Of a DNA stretch of 11,909 nucleotides, positions 8,841 to 11,909 are shown piece by piece (positions within the stretch are counted from its first letter, which is position 1; the number at the start of each line of letters is the position of its first letter). The stretch is taken from NCBI GenBank assembly GCA_938091905.1, contig CALKOM010000197.1, forward strand, positions 1 through 11,909, read 5' to 3'. The DNA is from an uncultured Verrucomicrobiales bacterium (GTDB lineage Bacteria > Verrucomicrobiota > Verrucomicrobiia > Verrucomicrobiales > DEV007). Under the pieces are notes generated by a model that saw nothing but the letters and a program-made list of their open reading frames with translations, searched no databases and was not told the origin of the DNA. Position numbers and translations under genes: made by a program.

Positions 8841-9599
8841 ATGTTCATGAGTAGGCTCAACGAATGGCAAAGTAATCGGACTCTAGCCTATGTGGTGCCA
8901 CTGGTTGCCTTCATGCTTTTCCTGGGCTTGCCGGAACGTCTTGCCATCAGGAATTCTGAGCTGTCTTGGTGGCGGCACTCGCCGGAGCATTGGATTTATC
9001 CTCTACAGTGCCTCGTCTGCGGAGCGCTACTTCTCTTTTGGCGGAAGCATTATGTCCTCCGCCCCTTCCAAGGGTTTGGATTTGCGAGTGTAGCGGCCTT
9101 GTTAGGAATTGTTGCCTGGATACTTCCTACCTATCTCTTTGATCTCTGGCAATGGGATGAAGAAACCACGCCTAAGTGGCTTCATTTGTTAGGCTTTCAG
9201 GAGCGAGAGGATTCAGGATTTGATCCTTCATTCATCCAAGATTCGTTTTGGTATGGCATGACTGTGGCGGCTCGGTTCTTTCGGATGGTAGTGATTGTCG
9301 CTTTAGTGGAAGAGATCTTCTGGCGTGGCTTTCTGATGCGCTATCTTGTCGATATCGATGGCGACTTCTGGAAGGCAAAATTTGGCACCTACACCCACCT
9401 TTCGTTCGGGGTGACGTTGCTACTCTTCATGCTGATTCATAGTCCGGCAGACTATTTGGGAGCCCTTATTTACGGAAGTCTCGCTGGCTGGGTTGCCATC
9501 CGGACAAAGAGTTTAGCTGCCTGCGTCTGGATGCATGCGTTAGCGAATCTTCTCCTCGGAGTCTTCATCATGGCGACGAAGAACTGGGGGCTCTGGTAG
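8841..9599 (+). CDS. CPBP/Abi-family intramembrane metalloprotease (CAAX prenyl protease-related)
   Basis: Multi-TM protein with EEIFWRG, FMLIH and HALAN motifs. It abuts the aminotransferase stop codon. Confidence 0.9.
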   Translation: MFMSRLNEWQSNRTLAYVVPLVAFMLFLGLPERLAIRNSELSWWRHSPEHWIYPLQCLVCGALLLFWRKHYVLRPFQGFGFASVAALLGIVAWILPTYLFDLWQWDEETTPKWLHLLGFQEREDSGFDPSFIQDSFWYGMTVAARFFRMVVIVALVEEIFWRGFLMRYLVDIDGDFWKAKFGTYTHLSFGVTLLLFMLIHSPADYLGALIYGSLAGWVAIRTKSLAACVWMHALANLLLGVFIMATKNWGLW

Positions 9600-9802
9600 A
9601 CTCTTTCGTTCGTCGATCGTGGGGCCCCTGGCGGCAGTAGTAAACCTGCTCCAAGTTGGAGAAGTGACGAAGAGAGTATTTCGGAAAGAGTGATTAGTAT
9701 GACTAATTTACGGGGTGTAACCAAAGTTGAAGCATCGAAGGGCCTAGTCCGTGAGATATTGCGACTCGCAGCTGCCCTTAAACGTCCTTATGCTGCTGCC
9801 GT

Positions 9803-10975
9803 ATGAATCTGACGGAACCATTCCTTAAGGGCGTGAGTCGGCGGCTGAGTCGTAACCGACCTGCACGAGGTTCTCTCCGATGCGTCTTCTTTGTTGGTAT
9901 GGGCATTCTTGGGTTAGGAATCGCCTATCTGAGCCAGGGACTCGAGATCCCCCTTTGGTTGTATCTTGGTGGGGGCTTGGGCGCAGGTTTGTTGTGTCTG
10001 CTATGTTATGGCGTAAGCACAACTTCTAGACGTCAGGCTTCGGGTTTTGCGGATCGTTACTTCGATCTAAAAGATGGCTTAACGTCCAGTCGTTCCTTTG
10101 CTAGAAATGGGTGCGAAGGAGCATTTTATGAGCTTCAGCGCCGCCAGACTGAGGAAGCGGTGAAAGGAGCGAGCCTATATCAAATGCAATTGCCTTTTCC
10201 AAAGGGGTGATTGCTCGCTGTCGCTGGGGTCCTTTTGGCTATTTTGATGATGTCCTTTGTTCCGCCGTGGTCTTACATGGTGACCAAGCGGGCGCAAGAG
10301 GCAGACGTGTTGACCAAGAGCGGGGATTTGAAGGAGCACGTAGAAGAGGCGCTGGATGCTCTGGAGCAAGAAGTGACCGATCCCGAGGAGCATGTGCTGC
10401 TGCAGGAGGCGAATTTACGTAAAATGCTCAAAGAGCTTAGGACAACGACGGATCTGAAAGAGGCGATGCGGCAGTATGCAGCTTTGTAGCGGCGAGTGGT
10501 GCAGTCGACCACTGTGCTAGACCAACGCGGTGATGAGCAGTTGTTAGCACGTGCTGAGGATGAGCTCTTTAAGGAAGATGAGCATCGGCAGCTCGCAGAT
10601 CGGCTCAAGACTCAAAAGTACAAGGACGCGGCAAAGCGTTTGCAAGAGCTGCAACTGAGACCAAAGGCTGAGAAGGGGCAAGAAGGCGTTCAAACCAAGC
10701 GAGAACAATTGCGGGAACTGCAGTCGGCGGCGAAACGCATGGCCTCGGCAGCAAAGTCGGGACGGCGGCATTCTTCCAAACAGGCAGATCAAAAGATATC
10801 GGAAGAACTTGCTAAGCTTTTGGAAAAGCTTGACCAGTTGGCGCGGAAACTTGGGCTTACAATGGACGAGGTTGATAGGGATCTTGCTGAGAATGGTGGG
10901 AAATCCATGACGGCTGAGGAGCTGAAGAAGCTCTTAGCTGAGATGGAGAAGCTTGATCAGCACATGGAAAAGTTG
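9803..10975 (+). pseudogene. Membrane-anchored coiled-coil protein pseudogene (two nonsense codons, 3' truncated)
   Basis: ORFs at 9803, 10211 and 10496 share one frame, split by TGA 10208-10210 and TAG 10487-10489. The product has about three TM segments, 'ADRYFDLKDGLTS', and a long E/K/Q/L coiled coil. It runs directly into IS3 sequence at about 10974. Confidence 0.82.
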
Positions 10976-11162
10976 GGCTGCCATAGACTTTGAGGTGGCG
11001 GTCTTCATGGATCTCTTTGATCTTGGAGACGATGACTTCGTTCTCCTTTGCTCGTTTCGAAGGTGGGCGTTTTCTGGCAGCGTAGTAGCTGCTTTTGGAT
11101 TGCTCAAAGGCCGCACAAAGTTCAGTCACCTGGTAGCCTTCTTTTCGCATTTCGTTGATCAT
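10974..11162 (-). pseudogene. IS3 OrfB N-terminal 63 aa, lacking the DDE integrase core
   Basis: MINEMRKEGYQVTELCAAFEQSKSSYY...IKEIHEDRHLKVYGSP. Homology stops at the YGSP(R) motif, and the rest of the ORF is antisense of the host gene. Confidence 0.88.
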
Positions 11163-11316
11163 CGCATGCCTAGCTGCGGGTCCTCCCCTAGGATGCTGGC
11201 GGCCTTTTTTAGGATCTCACGCTGCCGTTTGAGGTAAGCGTTCTCGCGCTTCAATTTCTGGTTCTCGTCCCAGAGTTCCTTGGCACTCGCCCCGGGCTGG
11301 CCGTCGTCGCCTACGG
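11159..11316 (-). pseudogene. IS3 OrfA C-terminal part (3' exon of the intron)
   Basis: Manual translation: VGDDGQPGASAKELWDENQKLKRENAYLKRQREILKKAASILGEDPQLGMR*. This is the OrfA leucine zipper with the 'EILKKA' signature. Not in the ORF track. Confidence 0.88.
11164..11210 (-). promoter_or_regulatory. Programmed -1 ribosomal frameshift signal (A AAA AAG plus stimulatory hairpin)
   Basis: Heptamer at 11204-11210, a 7-nt spacer, then stem GCATCCTAG...CTAGG(C)ATGC (11196-11164). The -1 frame is open (KGRQHPRGGPAARHA) into the OrfB Met. Confidence 0.8.
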
Positions 11317-11388
11317 GTCGGGTAGGAGGCCCCCACAATCGGGGGCCGTCCTCCCACAGAACCGTGCGTACGGGTCCTTACACGGCTC
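11317..11388 (-). ncRNA. Group II intron ribozyme domains V and VI
   Basis: DV is GAGCCGTGTAAGGACCCGTACGCACGGTTC (30 nt, AGC triad, CG bulge). DVI is GGGAGGAcGGCCCCC-gattgt-GGGGGCCTCCT-A-CCC-GAC, with the bulged branch A at 11323 (seventh nucleotide from the 3' end). Confidence 0.92.
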
Positions 11389-11389
11389 C

Positions 11390-11908
11390 TCACACAAGTC
11401 GTGGACCTTTCTTTAGTGGTTGCCAATGGTCTTGTCCGGTCTCGCTTCTCGTGTTGAGCCCTTGTTGCCGAAACCAGCTTTTACTCCAGGCCATGTTCAC
11501 ACTGAAGTTGTGCGCCAGCCGCCATCTTCCGAGGTTCTTTTAATACACGGCCCGGTAGGCCGTCGAACTCCGGATGCCTCGCTTGCGCAGTTTCCTCACG
11601 AGGTGCTTCTTGCGTTTGTGGTTCTTGATGAATTGCAGTCGAAATCTCATGCGGATGTTCGCTTCGATCTTCTGCAATTGGTTCGGGTAGTTGGTCATCT
11701 GATAGTAGCCTGACCAGCCCATGTACCATTGGTTCACCTTCTCCACTTGCGCTTCGAGGCTCCTCTTTCCTGAGCGCGGTATCAGTTCCTTGACTCGCTC
11801 CTTCGCCTTCTTCATGGCTCCGAGTGATACCGCTGCCATGCCTCCGGCTAGGACTGTCATTCCTAGGAACTTCACCCCTTTGCTCTTGGCCGTCTGTGTC
11901 TTGTCCCG
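11390..11908 (-). pseudogene. Group II intron reverse transcriptase/maturase, C-terminal part with a premature stop
   Basis: RDKTQTAKSKGVKFLGM (RT6/7), then X/thumb domain 'VNQWYMGWSGYY...IEANIRMRFR'. TAA at 11540-11542 is followed in frame by 49 more maturase-like codons (KNLGRWRLAHNFSVNMAWSKSWF...) up to TGA 11390-11392 next to DV. No endonuclease domain. Confidence 0.88.
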
Positions 11909-11909
11909 G

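Larger units (their letters stand above)
10974..11316 (-). mobile_element. IS3-family insertion sequence fragment (orfA 3' part and orfB 5' part)
   Basis: OrfA C-terminus and OrfB N-terminus with an ATGA overlap and an A6G slippery site. It is bounded by the intron at 11317 and by a truncation at about 10974. Confidence 0.9.
11317..11909 (-). mobile_element. Group II intron, 3' portion (probably bacterial class E-like)
   Basis: An RT/maturase ORF followed immediately by DV and DVI, and a terminal AC at 11318-11317. Confidence 0.93.

Noticed and set aside
10857..10973. C-terminal tail of the 101-aa OrfB ORF
   Set aside because: It is read-through into the antisense strand of the host pseudogene, not transposase sequence.
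11217..11426. 69-aa minus-strand ORF
   Set aside because: It is a chance translation of intron DV/DVI RNA and an off-frame part of orfA.
10208..11542. Stop-codon reassignment, selenocysteine or pyrrolysine readthrough to explain the in-frame stops
   Set aside because: The internal stops are three different codons (TGA, TAG, TAA). TAG and TAA terminate intact genes normally, and trpB and its neighbours have no internal stops.
11390..11909. RT as a retron, DGR or defence-associated RT
   Set aside because: It is followed directly by canonical DV/DVI with a branch A and AC end and has an X domain. No template/variable repeats or msr-msd are seen.
1..11909. CRISPR arrays, tRNA/rRNA, tandem repeats
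   Set aside because: None seen by eye. The intergenic gaps are short and lack repeat-spacer periodicity or cloverleaf motifs.

Overview
Bacterial DNA whose gene content resembles Verrucomicrobia/PVC (inferred from protein families, not verified). An intact + strand block (3291-9599) encodes a cNMP-binding protein, a TlpA-like thioredoxin, trpB, an S11 D-Ala-D-Ala carboxypeptidase, an Lrp regulator with a class I/II aminotransferase, and a CPBP/CAAX protease. An intact PQQ-like beta-propeller gene lies on the - strand. Both flanks are decaying. On the left, an IS1182-family element (absent from the ORF track) abuts the 3' remnant of an arylsulfatase, and a frameshifted membrane-protein pseudogene lies at 1795-3160. 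On the right, a membrane/coiled-coil gene with two nonsense codons is fused to a truncated IS3-family element. That element's orfA is interrupted by a group II intron with visible DV/DVI and a maturase carrying a premature stop. I found no clearly new biological system. The best leads are the nested intron-in-IS3 structure and the dense, selective gene decay.
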